A stretch of DNA of 64,000 nucleotides, taken from assembly GCF_000142905.1 (NCBI RefSeq), contig NW_013657653.1, positions 157,649 to 221,648 of the forward strand. Reading direction: 5' to 3'. Numbering within the stretch: position 1 is the stretch's first letter; every line of letters begins with the position of its first letter. Under the pieces are notes generated by a model, which worked only from the letters and a program-made list of their open reading frames with translations, was not told where the DNA came from and made no database searches. Shown here piece by piece: positions 23,601 to 34,067 of this stretch. The position numbers and the translations under genes were made by a program. This stretch comes from Thecamonas trahens ATCC 50062. Lineage: Eukaryota > Protista > Apusomonadida.

Positions 23601-26600
23601 TCCACCGTGGAACAGCTGGGTGTCCATCACCGACGCGTCGGTGTACGAGTACGAGTAGGCCGTAAACGTGAGCGGGAGCTGGAACATGTCGTGCGCAAGC
23701 GTGACGTCAGAGCACACCGGCCCAACTTGGTAGTGGAACGCGTCGGCCATAAACGAGCAGAACAGCGCAACCGACATTGGTTCGCCGTGATCGCACACCG
23801 CTGCCACCGTGTCGTCGTACATGGGCAACAGCTTGCCGAGGACCCGGCCAAACGGCGAGTGCTTCATCGGGGCAAGCGGGGCTTGGACGCTGGGGTCGGC
23901 CTTGACGTCGGCCAGAAAGTCGACGCCGGCCTTGAGCAGCTCGCACATCGACGCGTCCTTGGACATCATGCCCTTGAGCATGCGGATCAACGCATCGTCG
24001 CCAGACCACGTCGCCGTCGCCTCAGCTTGCAGGTTCTCCTTAAACTGCTCAAACGCAGCGCCAGAGGCCAGGTCGCCCGAGTCAGACACGCCAAGGTTGA
24101 TGGTGAGGTGTGGGAGGCCGGGCACTGGCGCGTCGAGCGCGTCGATGTGCATGTCACCAACGACTGCAGAGCCAGAAACATCGGCCTCGAGTGTAAAGGT
24201 GGAGAAGAGCGAGCTCGTCGTCGTCCCGGCCTTGAGCGCCGTAGCGGTTGTGAGCCACGGCGAGGCCGCAGTGAGAACCAGCGACGCCGATGTCTCCGCC
24301 GTCACCGACCCGACCTCGAGCCCGAGCGGGCCGAGCGTTCCGGTTGTTGCCTCTGCCTCGAACGACGTAGCAGCAGAGAGGCCAACCACAAGCTCCTTCA
24401 CCACCGACCGCGACTGGCTCATCACTGGTGCGGCGTACTCGAGGCCAGGCACCGTGATGTTCGAAATCGAGAGCGAGTACGGGATGACCAGGTGTTGAGT
24501 CTCCGGGTTGATTGCCGCGTTGATAGCAATCTCCACTTGCGGCGAGCCCGGGTTGAGCACTGGGTCGGGTGCCACAACACCGACGCCGAGCACGCCAGCG
24601 AGCTCGACGTCGGTGATCTGCGACAGCAGCGCGTGCATGAGCTGCTCCGACACTAGCGCACCGGGCGCGAGATGAATGTACTGCGCCACCTCAACCGACT
24701 TGGGTGGGACGTCAGGCTCGACAGACCGCACAACAAACTGCGCGTGGAGCTGGAAGCCACCGCCGGTGGCAGGCACCCGCGCGGTGGAAAAGTCCTCGAT
24801 TGCTGACCCGTTAACAAACGCAGTCTCGATCGAGATGTTGCGCGCCGATCGCAGCGGCGCGCATCCGTGGATGATGCCGACCTCGGCTTGCACAAACGCG
24901 TCGACGCGGGCTTGCGCGCTGGACGCAGGCAGCTCGACGTTGATCGGCCCAGCCTTCATCGTCGACGCCACCGACGAGGTAGTTCCGTCAAAGAGCGTCG
25001 CGTTAAAGCCGAGCTTGAAAGCAGTTCCAGGCAGGACGCCCGAGAAGTACGCTGCCCAGCCCGGCACGTTCGGCACACACGACGGCAGGCTCAGCGCCTC
25101 GACCTCGATAGACGACGGAAGGTGGACGAGCGAGTTGATACCTGACTGGGCAAGGAGGACAACCAGGTCGTCCCACCGTCCAAAAACGGGCACCGACGAC
25201 TCTGTCCAAGTCGTTGTGTACGGCGAGAGCACGTGACTCTTGCTCTTGGCCTTCATCGAGAACGATTTCACCACTCCCGGCACCGCCGGCTTGAGCGAAA
25301 ACACTGCACAGCTCTGTCCGTCCTGCGAGAAGACGCTGCTCACGCTCGGTGCCACAAAGTCACGGACCCGGAGGCCGGCCTTGCCGGCATAGGTGCATCC
25401 AGCAAGTCCGGCTTCGGCCGTCGCAAGCAGCGACCTCGCCAGGTTGCCAGTGTTGAGCGCCTCAAACGAGAACGAGCACTCGACGGTTGGCAGCGACGGC
25501 GCGTTGACGCCAATCGCGTAGTTCTCGGTGTGTGCTGCAATTGGCGCGTCCACACACACGGTCGCGTACATGAGCTCCGGCTCAAGGTCACCAGCCCAGG
25601 TGAGCTTGGCCAGAATCGGCTCGAGCGCCGCAGCAACCGAGTCGAGCGCGTCGACGCCCTTGTTCACCAGAGGGAGCGGGAATGAGCCGGCTCCAGAGCC
25701 AAAGCTGGCAACCGACGAGAGCGTGTTCGACAGCGCCGCTATGATGTCCTTGGGTGCCGTGGCAGAGAGCGTCGGAAGGAGGGAGGCCACAGGGCCCGAG
25801 CCGTGGAGTGAGGCGCTGGCAAGCACGGCCTTGGGCGGAAAGTGGGGGTAGCCGACCACATTGACGGCCGCGTCCGACGAGAGCGGCACGGTCCCGTTGA
25901 CCAGGTTTGCATTGTCCATTGCCGCGAGGTCGCTGTCCTCGATCGTCACACGCATCGACGCCATCGAGCCCGACAGCCCGTCTGTCTTGGCATCGCACTT
26001 GACCGAGAGACTCGAGCTGGTCGGGAGGTCGAGCTTAAGATGCATCGAGCCGTCGGTCACCGCCGCGGCCGACATCTGCCAGCTCGCTGGCGCTGCAAAA
26101 TGCGCCACACGTGCTGTGCCGCTGACTGCCAGCGTCACGCTGCTTGGAGCTGCAGTCGAGAGTTCAAGCTCCGAAGTGAGGAGTAGGTGCAGCGGAACCC
26201 GCGAGAGGTCCACCACTCCGGCCCACGGGGCGGCCTCGGTCTGAATCCGCGTTTCAGCCCGCCAAACGCTCGCCACACTGACTGCCAACTGAGGCGCGCC
26301 AGCAGTGCCGGTCAGCTCGACGGTGACTTGCGCACCGAGCCCACCCGGCGCGGCGTCGAGCGCCGCCGCCACCACCGCCACCATGTCCTTGGCGTCGTGC
26401 GCATGCTTGCCAGCCACAGCATTCTCGAGTGCCTCGAGGACAGAGAGCATGGACGCGCCAAGAACCAGGCTCGTCGGCCCAATCTCGCTCGTAGCCCACG
26501 CGTGATTTCCAGCGGTGGCCAGCTCGGTCGAGGCCGCCGAGAGCGAAGAAGCCAGCGCCGACGCACCGGCCGACGAAACCCTCACCTTGTTGGTTGCAAC

Positions 26601-28764
26601 CTTGCCCTGCGCTAGCGAGGCCCAGGAAAAGCCACCGGCGGAAGAGGCGTCAGTCGAGAGCGAGACGCTCTCGACTTGAAGGCCCCCATTTGTGCATGCA
26701 ACGTCGGCAGCCGTGTAGAGCGCGGCACCAGTCGGGTCAGTCGAGACCAGATCCACCGCGCGTGCCCGGATAGAGGTGTAGACCTTGGGCGCATGCTTCC
26801 ACGCAGGCGCACCACTGTACACCAGATCCATTGTACCCGCGAGGTAGACCGACTGCTGCGCGAGCGTGAGCTGCGAGACGGTGGTGACAAAGCCGGGCGC
26901 ACCAAAGCCGGCGACGGCAGGCACAGATGCAGTTAGCGCCGCAGCACCCGCTGCAAACGTGGCGTTAAGATGATGAGTGCAGGTTGCCGGGAGCGGGGCG
27001 GAGAGGCTCCGTCCAGCGAGCACAACTTCCAGAGTCGGCACGACTGTCGTCTCGCCGGCCAACGGAGCACGGAACTGAAGATAGCAATGCTCCAACTGCG
27101 AGGCGGCGCAGACGGTCCGCGTGTGCGGGCCGGTAAACCACGCCCAGAATCCGTTGAAACTTGGCGTCAGCGTTGCCGCTAGGTACGCATCCACCAGACC
27201 ATCAACGCCAGACGCAGGCACAAGACGAGTGTTGATAAATTCGGCAAGCATTGGCGCAAGCGATGGCGTGGCCGTCAGCGCCTCGCCCACCTGCGCGGCA
27301 ATGGCGGCCACATCGCTGGCATTGCCGGTCAGCGCTGCGTCCGGCAGCGCCACGCCACCCAGCGACGAGCCGTCAAAGACGGGCGCGAGCGGAACAACCC
27401 GCTGCGCATCGGCGCCCGAGCCAATCATGACTGATGCCACAGAGCCCGAGAACCGGACTTGGAGGCCGCGGCCCATGCCGAGGAGGAGCTCAGGCGAGAG
27501 CTCAACAATGGCGGTCGGCCACGCCGGCGCCAGTGCGTCGAGCGAGGTGGCAGCGCGCAAGACAATGCCAACCTTGTCTCCGACCGCGACCGTGGTGGCG
27601 GAGACTGAGACCGGAATGATCGACGTCGCCGAGACCGCAAAGACCGAGTCAAGCGTCGAGACGACGGCAGCAGCATCGGCTCCGGTTCCGGTCTGCGTAA
27701 TCGCAGACGCAAGAGTTGACTCGAGAAGGACCGAGCAGCCGCCCACGAGGCACTCGGCGTGCGCGGCGTAGATGGTCGCGCCGGGCACAGTCTCCGACGC
27801 CGAGCGGACGAGCTCGCCGCTCGCCACCACGACCGGGGCACCAACGCCCGTGGACACGAATCCAGCGCGGAGCGAGGCAAAGAGCGTCAGCGGGGTATCC
27901 ATCCACGACGGAATGGTGTCCGAAGGCACCTGCGCCAAGGCATTGGCCACGATGGTCGCAGTAGACGCCGCGACCGCACCTGAAGACGTTGGCGTCGTCG
28001 CGTGGATGAGAACAAGCGGAAGTTGGCCGTCGGTCGGGTGAGTGTCGACGATAAGGACCTTGCCCGTTGCTCCGCTGGTGCCCGTCAGCTCGAGCTTGCC
28101 GTGGAAGGGCAGCTCGAGCTCGGCGAGGTACGCCAGCGGCATGGTCGTGAGCGGGAGCGAGGCCGTCATCTCCAGCTTGCCGCTAACGGTAAAGACAGCG
28201 TCTGGTGCCGAAGCCAGTGCCATCGACACGGTCACCGTCAGTGTGTGGCTGACGGTGAGACCGGTCATCGACCCGCTCTCCGACGACGCTGACACCGAAG
28301 CCGCCCACGACGCCGAAGTCACGTGCGCCGATGCCAGAGACGCAGGCACTGCCATGGACAGCGAGGCGACCGGGCTAGGGGACAGCGTTACATCGAGCTG
28401 GGTCAATTCGTTGTTGCCTGCGCTTGGTGCACAGGCAGCGTGGTTGGCGACGGCCTTGGCAAGGCCGCCGGTCACCGTTGCCGCGCCCGGAAACGCATCG
28501 GGGCGCGGGGGGAGTCTGTTCTCACGCAAGCTCCTAGTGAGTCTCCCGCCACCCACCTGTTGCCCCACCACAATATCCTTTGCGCTCCCTGCCTCCCCCT
28601 CCTTGCACTCGTCGCCTCCCCAAGGACGACGTACTTGTTGCTAGACCGATGACGGCCCGGCACAGGGGTGGTGGGAGCGGACGGCTGCCATCCTGGGCAG
28701 TCGCCGCTACAGCCACCGCGAGCACCGCCACAAGTCCCAGGAGGACAGGCGAGCACCCACGCAT
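14641..28764 (-). CDS. Giant multipass membrane protein (~4,668 aa repaired): signal peptide, bacterial giant-adhesin-like ectodomain with degenerate RTX-like motifs, C-terminal ~9-TM Flc/Pkd2(TRP)-like domain
   Basis: Exon 1 28764-28635 (MRGCSPVLLGLVAVLAVAVAATAQ); intron 28634-28516 (GTACGT..GACTCAC..AACAG); then the 4059-aa ORF and the 623-aa ORF with about 9 hydrophobic helices. One missing base each at about 28507-28512 and about 16535. Confidence 0.8.
18199..19670 (-). repeat. Intragenic direct repeat: ~240-bp near-identical cores 1,233 bp apart inside a ~411-aa duplicated module
   Basis: 18199-18437 versus 19432-19670 differ at about 4 positions; both encode TEVLYTSAGAAKLVMASSS...SAPDQWF(N/D)FASHRVC. 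Confidence 0.9.
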
Positions 28765-29117
28765 GAGGAACACAATCGAGAAAACCAAGTTTGCGGCTGC
28801 TTGGTGTTGCTACTTGCTGTGCTTAGAGTGCGGTGTGGCCGTGCGTGCGTGTGACTCAAGCAGCCTGGGTGGGTGGTAGCGGGAGGCGGCGGCTCGTTCC
28901 ACAGCCGGGAAAAGTTGAGAAGAGACCGCCACGGCATGTGACCTGTGAAATTGGGTGCTCCAAGCTCGCGTGTGCCACGTGACCCGGCTCGGCCGGCCAA
29001 AGGCCGCCGGGTCAATGAGGAGCTTTATGTGTCCAAGGTTGGTGGCAGTGCTGCTTTGCGCTGCAGCCGCTGGCCAGAGCCACTCCTGGCGTGATAAGGG
29101 AGGTAGCAGCTGACCGC

Positions 29118-29537
29118 TTAAGCTCGGGAGGGACGCGGGATGATGGCGCCACCAAGAGCGAGCCAGGCTGCAATGAGAATGAGGCCGCCGATCGGGGTGA
29201 TGGCGCCGAGTTTGCGGATGCCGGTGACGACGAGAAGGTAGAGCGAGCCGGAGAAGAGAGTGGTTCCGGTAAGGACCAGCCGCAGCGGCCAAACCAGGGC
29301 AACCGGGTTAGCAACTGGCGCCACCGCGAGGAACAGCAGCATAAAGACCGAGTACGTGTGGTACCGCACCGCAGTGTCCCATGTCTTGGCCAGGCCAGGG
29401 TCGATGCCCTTGAGCGCGTGCGCTCCGAACGCGCCAGTCACGACCGAGACCGCACCCAGCACCGCGCCCCACGCCCAGCACGCTGCCCTTGTGTCGTGGG
29501 CCCACAGCGACTCGACAAGCGCAAGGTATTGCTGCAT
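29118..29537 (-). CDS. TMEM256: TMEM256 / DUF423 family membrane protein
   Basis: GAFGAHAL, WDTAVRYH, LFSGSLY and GAITPIGG motifs. Confidence 0.88.
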   Translation of the reverse strand: MQQYLALVESLWAHDTRAACWAWGAVLGAVSVVTGAFGAHALKGIDPGLAKTWDTAVRYHTYSVFMLLFLAVAPVANPVALVWPLRLVLTGTTLFSGSLYLLVVTGIRKLGAITPIGGLILIAAWLALGGAIIPRPSRA

Positions 29538-29769
29538 GACGTGTTGGGAGGGAGACGGGTGGTGCGTGACAGTGGCTGGTGTGCTGGCTACAGTGCCGGC
29601 GCGGTGGGCATCCTGCTGCAGCCCTCGTTGCCAGGCAACCAGACATTGCCTGGCAACTAGAAAGGAGCCACAAGGCGGAGCGCGTCCTGCCCACAAAACC
29701 AGTGCCGGCTTAGCATGTGGCGGGAAGGGGCGGCCCGAGGATACGCAGTGTTAGGACCAAGAGACAGCC

Positions 29770-31119
29770 ATGAGTGCGGAAGAGCAAGGTCGGATCTCTG
29801 TGTGTGTAATCGGACAGGTTGATCACGGCAAGTCATCGCTTTGCGGCCGGCTGCTGTACGAGGCCAAGGCGCTCGACGGGCGGATGCTGGACCGGCTTGA
29901 GCGCGAGGCGAGCGCATCAGGTGCCGGCACGTCGTGGAAGTGGGCCTTTGCGATGGACTCGACCGAGTTTGAGCGCGAGCGCGGGAAGACATGCGAGATC
30001 GGACGGGCGGCCCTGGTCACGCCCGGCACTGCACGCAAGGTGGCGCTCCTCGACGCGCCAGGCCACGATGCGTTTGTCCCGCACATGATCGGCGGAGCCG
30101 TGCAGGCCGACGCGGGCCTGTTGGTGGTCTCGGCGAGGGCGACCGAGTTTGAGGAGGGTTTTGACGCCCGCGGGCAGACCAAGGAGCACTGCGTGCTTGC
30201 CCGGGCTGCCGGCCTCAAGCACATCATTGTGGCTGTCAACAAGATGGACGACCCATCGGTGGCATGGGGCGAGGCGCGCTACGCGCACATTGCCACCACA
30301 CTCACCCACTTTCTCACCACCTCGCTTGGCTTTGAACCCGAGGCCGTGACGTGCGTTCCGGTCTCGGCGTGGACTGGCGAGCATGTGACCGACGAGCGGC
30401 GCGGAGACGCGGCGTGGACGGCCGATATTCCCAGCCTGATGGCGGCATTGGAGGCGCTGCCTGCGCGCCAGACGGCGGCCGAGGCGGCGCTGCCGCTCCG
30501 CCTCCCGGTCAGCGACTGGTTCACCGACCCGTTTACCGGACTCAACATCATGGGCGTGATCGCCTTGGGTACAATCAACGCCGGCGACCGGCTTCGGCTC
30601 GAGCCGAGCGGCGCGACGCTCGACGTGGTGAGCATGACCACGCCGCAGCCAGGTGGGCAGATCGAGGTGGCGGCGGCCGGGCCGGGCACACCAGTCACGC
30701 TCACGGTCCGTGGCATCGACGAGGTCAGTCTCAGCCTCGGGCAAGTCCTCATCGACGACATCGACGGGCACCCGACGTTGCCGACGACCAAGGTCATGGT
30801 TCGACTGTTGTTCCTAGACTCGGCACCGGGCCCAGTCATGGCCGGCTACGACGCTGTGGCTCACATCCACGCCGCCGAGGTCGACGTACTTGTCGAGGGC
30901 CTGCGGCGGCCACGGGCCAAGGCCAAGAGCCGGAGCAAGCACAAGCCGCTCGTGGCTCGCCCCGGCGACCACCTCGACGCCGTGTTGAGTCTGGCCGCGC
31001 CGGTAGCCGCCGAGCGCCACAGCGTGATGCCGCGGCTGGGCTCGATCATGCTCCGCGACGGCGCAGCCACCGTGGCCGTGGGTATCATCATGGCGCTCGA
31101 GCCATGCGCACGTCCTTAA
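29770..31119 (+). CDS. Divergent eRF3/HBS1-family translational GTPase
   Basis: G1 GQVDHGKSS, ERERGKT, DAPGH..FVPHMIGGAVQAD, GQTKEH, NKMDDPSVAW (eRF3-like), and domains II/III. No N-terminal extension. Confidence 0.85.
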   Translation: MSAEEQGRISVCVIGQVDHGKSSLCGRLLYEAKALDGRMLDRLEREASASGAGTSWKWAFAMDSTEFERERGKTCEIGRAALVTPGTARKVALLDAPGHDAFVPHMIGGAVQADAGLLVVSARATEFEEGFDARGQTKEHCVLARAAGLKHIIVAVNKMDDPSVAWGEARYAHIATTLTHFLTTSLGFEPEAVTCVPVSAWTGEHVTDERRGDAAWTADIPSLMAALEALPARQTAAEAALPLRLPVSDWFTDPFTGLNIMGVIALGTINAGDRLRLEPSGATLDVVSMTTPQPGGQIEVAAAGPGTPVTLTVRGIDEVSLSLGQVLIDDIDGHPTLPTTKVMVRLLFLDSAPGPVMAGYDAVAHIHAAEVDVLVEGLRRPRAKAKSRSKHKPLVARPGDHLDAVLSLAAPVAAERHSVMPRLGSIMLRDGAATVAVGIIMALEPCARP

Positions 31120-31658
31120 GCCGCGCACATACGCCGCAGAAGCGCCTCGTCAAGGCCAGGCACGCTGGCAAATTTGGCCACCATCTCGTCAGCCTTGGCC
31201 AGCTCAAAGTCGGCAAAGTCAAAGCCCGGCGCAACCGTGCAGCCGACCAGCGCGTACGCTTCAGGCCCGGCATCCTCATCGGCCAGATGCGCACCAAACC
31301 AGGCCCCGGCCTTGACCACGCCCTGGACAGCCTGGCCGGCGAAGAGGTCGGACCCGAGGAGAAGGGCAGACGACGACGGCCCGTCTTCGCCGTCGGTGAG
31401 AACCTCGACCACAAGTGGCGAACCAGCATAAAAGTGCCACACCTCGTCCTGCGCAATCCGATGCAGCGCCGAGACATGGCCAGCCGGAATGAGGAAGAGG
31501 ATGGCGGTGCTGAACGCCCGCGGCGTCGCAGAGAACCGCGCCGGCAGCGCCCCGCCGGCCACCTCCTCGTCGGCCCGGTACGTCTCCACAAAGAACCCGC
31601 CCTCGGGATGGGCCTGCATCCCAAGCTTCTCCACCAGTTGTTCCCACACCATAGCCAT
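31116..31658 (-). CDS. Cupin superfamily protein, DUF985 (Cupin_5)
   Basis: HPEGGFFVETYR, STAILFL, LHRIAQDEVWHFYAG and LVGCTVAPGFDFADFEL. Confidence 0.92.
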   Translation of the reverse strand: MAMVWEQLVEKLGMQAHPEGGFFVETYRADEEVAGGALPARFSATPRAFSTAILFLIPAGHVSALHRIAQDEVWHFYAGSPLVVEVLTDGEDGPSSSALLLGSDLFAGQAVQGVVKAGAWFGAHLADEDAGPEAYALVGCTVAPGFDFADFELAKADEMVAKFASVPGLDEALLRRMCAA

Positions 31659-32192
31659 GGTACGTGTTGCGCGTGACGAGTGTAAGCTTGCACTGTAGTG
31701 GTGGCAGTGCTCGGTTCGGGTGTCTGGCTGGATGTGGGCAGTTGAGCCTCCAGACCACGGCCGCGAATCTGGTTGACCTGCAAATGGCCTGGATCGTGAC
31801 GGGTGCCGAAGCATATGGATCTGAAGGTAAGATTCATGGTGGTATTGATCTGAACCTGTCATGCCCTTCCCCACGTGCGCTCGATATGGCCTAGAGTGGA
31901 ACACGCTGGCATCACCACCGTCCGACGACCGCTCAAGCTACAGTGCCTCGGCGCCGTCGTTGGCCTCAACAGTATCCAAGAGTGCGACGACGGATGCCAG
32001 CGACTCGCACTGCGATGCCAGCGAGGCCAGCGAGTCGCGCGAGGCGCTTGCCTCTGAACAGCGGCGAGTCATCGCGACTGACGATTGGCTACGCTCCGAC
32101 AGCGACGGTCGGCTGGGCGACACGACCACTCCTCTCGCCCGACGGCCGACAGAGAGACACCTTTCCCTCCTCCCCTCACAAACAAAGACAAG

Positions 32193-32954
32193 ATGGTAGG
32201 CAGGCACGCGGGGGTGGAAATATGACCTCGTGGTTATGTAGGGTGGGCGGCGTGGGTGTGGTGGAGGTGAAGAGCGAGGAGGGAGGAGGGGGGGGGAGGC
32301 GACTCACAGGGAGGCGTCAAAACACGACCTTTTTCGGACGCTCAGGTTCGCCGCGGCATGTCGCTGGAGCAGAAGCGCCAGATCCTGCTCAACATGTTCC
32401 TCTCCTCAAACACCTTTTTCAACTTGAAGGAGATGGAGAAGAAGGGGGCGAAGCTTGGCTTGCCGGTGATGTCGATCAAAGATGTGGCGCAGACGCTCGT
32501 CGACGACAACCTGCTCTGCCTCGACAGGATCGGCTCGTCCAACTACTACTGGGCGTTTGCGTCGCAGGTGGGCTGCCGCAAGCGGCAGCGCGAGAACGAC
32601 CTCATCAACGAGCGCGAGGAGAAGATCAAGCGTAAGAAGATGCTCGAGGACGAGCAGGAGAAGCTCGAGGATGCCCGCGAGGAGTCGGACGAGCGGACCG
32701 AGGCGCTGGCCGAGGTCGAGGAGCTCAAGGCCAAGCTTGTGGAGCTCGACCGCAAGTTGGTGCAGTACGCCGACTCGAACCCCGAGGTGGTGGCCAAGAT
32801 TCGCGCCGATGCCGCGCTCGCTCGTGAGGCTGCCAACCGCTGGACCGACAACGTCTTCCAGGTCCGCACCTACTGCCGCAAGACGTACAACATGGAGCCG
32901 AAGCAGTTTGATCAGTACTTTGGCATCGACGCCACCTTTGACTACCTAGAGTGA
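32193..32954 (+). CDS. MND1: Meiotic nuclear division protein 1 (2 exons)
   Basis: SLEQKR, FFNLKEMEK, IGSSNYYWAF, AANRWTDNV and coiled coil. Predicted exon 1 is the ATG alone (32193-32195), intron 32196-32345. Confidence 0.93.
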
Positions 32955-33012
32955 GCGTGAGCCGCCAGCTGAGAGGCAGACCTTAACACTGTTGCAACCC
33001 CCGCGGACCGCG

Positions 33013-33882
33013 TCATTGCTTCTTGGATCGCTGCAGTGCGTTCTGGACGGCCGGCGCGTCGCCGAGACCCGAGTAGTTGCGCGAAGAGAGCTTGCGGGCG
33101 TAGCCAATCCACTTGATGATGGCCGGGTGAGTGAGGAGGGCGTCGAGCGTCCGCCACTCGCGGGCGAGCGTCTCCTCGTCTTCGGCGCGGTGGATGGCCG
33201 AGTGGCACGGCCGACACACGTTAACTCCCTCGTTGAGCTGCTTGACGGTGTAGCCCTTCTTGAGGTAGTGCCCGTGCGTTGTGCGCGGAATGAGATGATG
33301 AAAGGTGAGCGGGAGCTTGCGCTCGCACATCGGGCAGAGGCCTGTCGCCTTGGGCGAGACCAGGAGCTCCGACTCGAGACGGATGTCTGCTAGCGGTAGC
33401 GTCACAAATGCTGAGCCGTACTCGACGAACCGGACATCGACCATGCCTGCGGCAGGCTCGGCGCGCTCGATGACAACGGGGTGCCACTCGCCATCGGCGT
33501 CAAGGACGGCCATGCCAGCGCAGCCAACAAGCTCGTCAGCGCTCAGCGGGGCGGCCGCGGCGGCGCGGGCGCGGGCTCCGGCCTCGGTCTCGCCAAGTCC
33601 GACAAGGTCCTTGACCGGCATTCGGGCCATGATCTCTTCAACCTTACCCTCGGTCCCGCCCTCGACCGCCTCGGCCTCATCCGCCAGAGCCTCCTCCACC
33701 AGCGCCGCCAGCTCGGCTTCAGTTGCCGGCATGTGCTCACTCACCAAGACCACAATCATGCCCGCCACAAACTCGGGCATGCCTGGCGCCAGCTCGGCGG
33801 CCAGGCTCTCCTCGCACGCTAGCACAACCTCGCGTTCGAGCCTGCTGTTGACAACACTGGCCTCAAGACTCTCGCTCGCCAT
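33013..33882 (-). CDS. Tudor domain + HNH-like (YisB-type) Zn-finger nuclease-fold protein
   Basis: Tudor-like AVLDADGEWHPVVIE..VDVRFVEYG; CPMC..TFHHLIP..NEGVNVCRPCHSAIH..LAREWRTLDALLTHP. Confidence 0.75.
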   Translation of the reverse strand: MASESLEASVVNSRLEREVVLACEESLAAELAPGMPEFVAGMIVVLVSEHMPATEAELAALVEEALADEAEAVEGGTEGKVEEIMARMPVKDLVGLGETEAGARARAAAAAPLSADELVGCAGMAVLDADGEWHPVVIERAEPAAGMVDVRFVEYGSAFVTLPLADIRLESELLVSPKATGLCPMCERKLPLTFHHLIPRTTHGHYLKKGYTVKQLNEGVNVCRPCHSAIHRAEDEETLAREWRTLDALLTHPAIIKWIGYARKLSSRNYSGLGDAPAVQNALQRSKKQ

Positions 33883-34067
33883 GGCTCTACCAGAGTTGGG
33901 TGTCCTGACCGCCGAGTGTGCCAAAATGGAAGTTTCCGCCAGCCGCACCCGTGCCACGGCGCGCCGCGTTGCCTGCCACAGTCAACGCGCGCAGCAAACT
34001 TTGGCTTTGTTCTCATCCGGCAATACGCTCCACACGATTGCCGGGCTTCCACTCGGCTCTAGCTGCG

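Noticed and set aside
14641-28764. Bacterial contaminant contig or secreted RTX toxin
   Set aside because: The gene has a spliceosomal intron, an N-terminal signal peptide and host-like codon usage, is flanked by eukaryotic genes, and its RTX-like motifs are few and degenerate.
32000-32039. Short inverted repeat GCGACTCGC..GCGAGTCGC upstream of MND1
   Set aside because: A 9-bp stem is expected by chance in GC-rich DNA; no ncRNA features.
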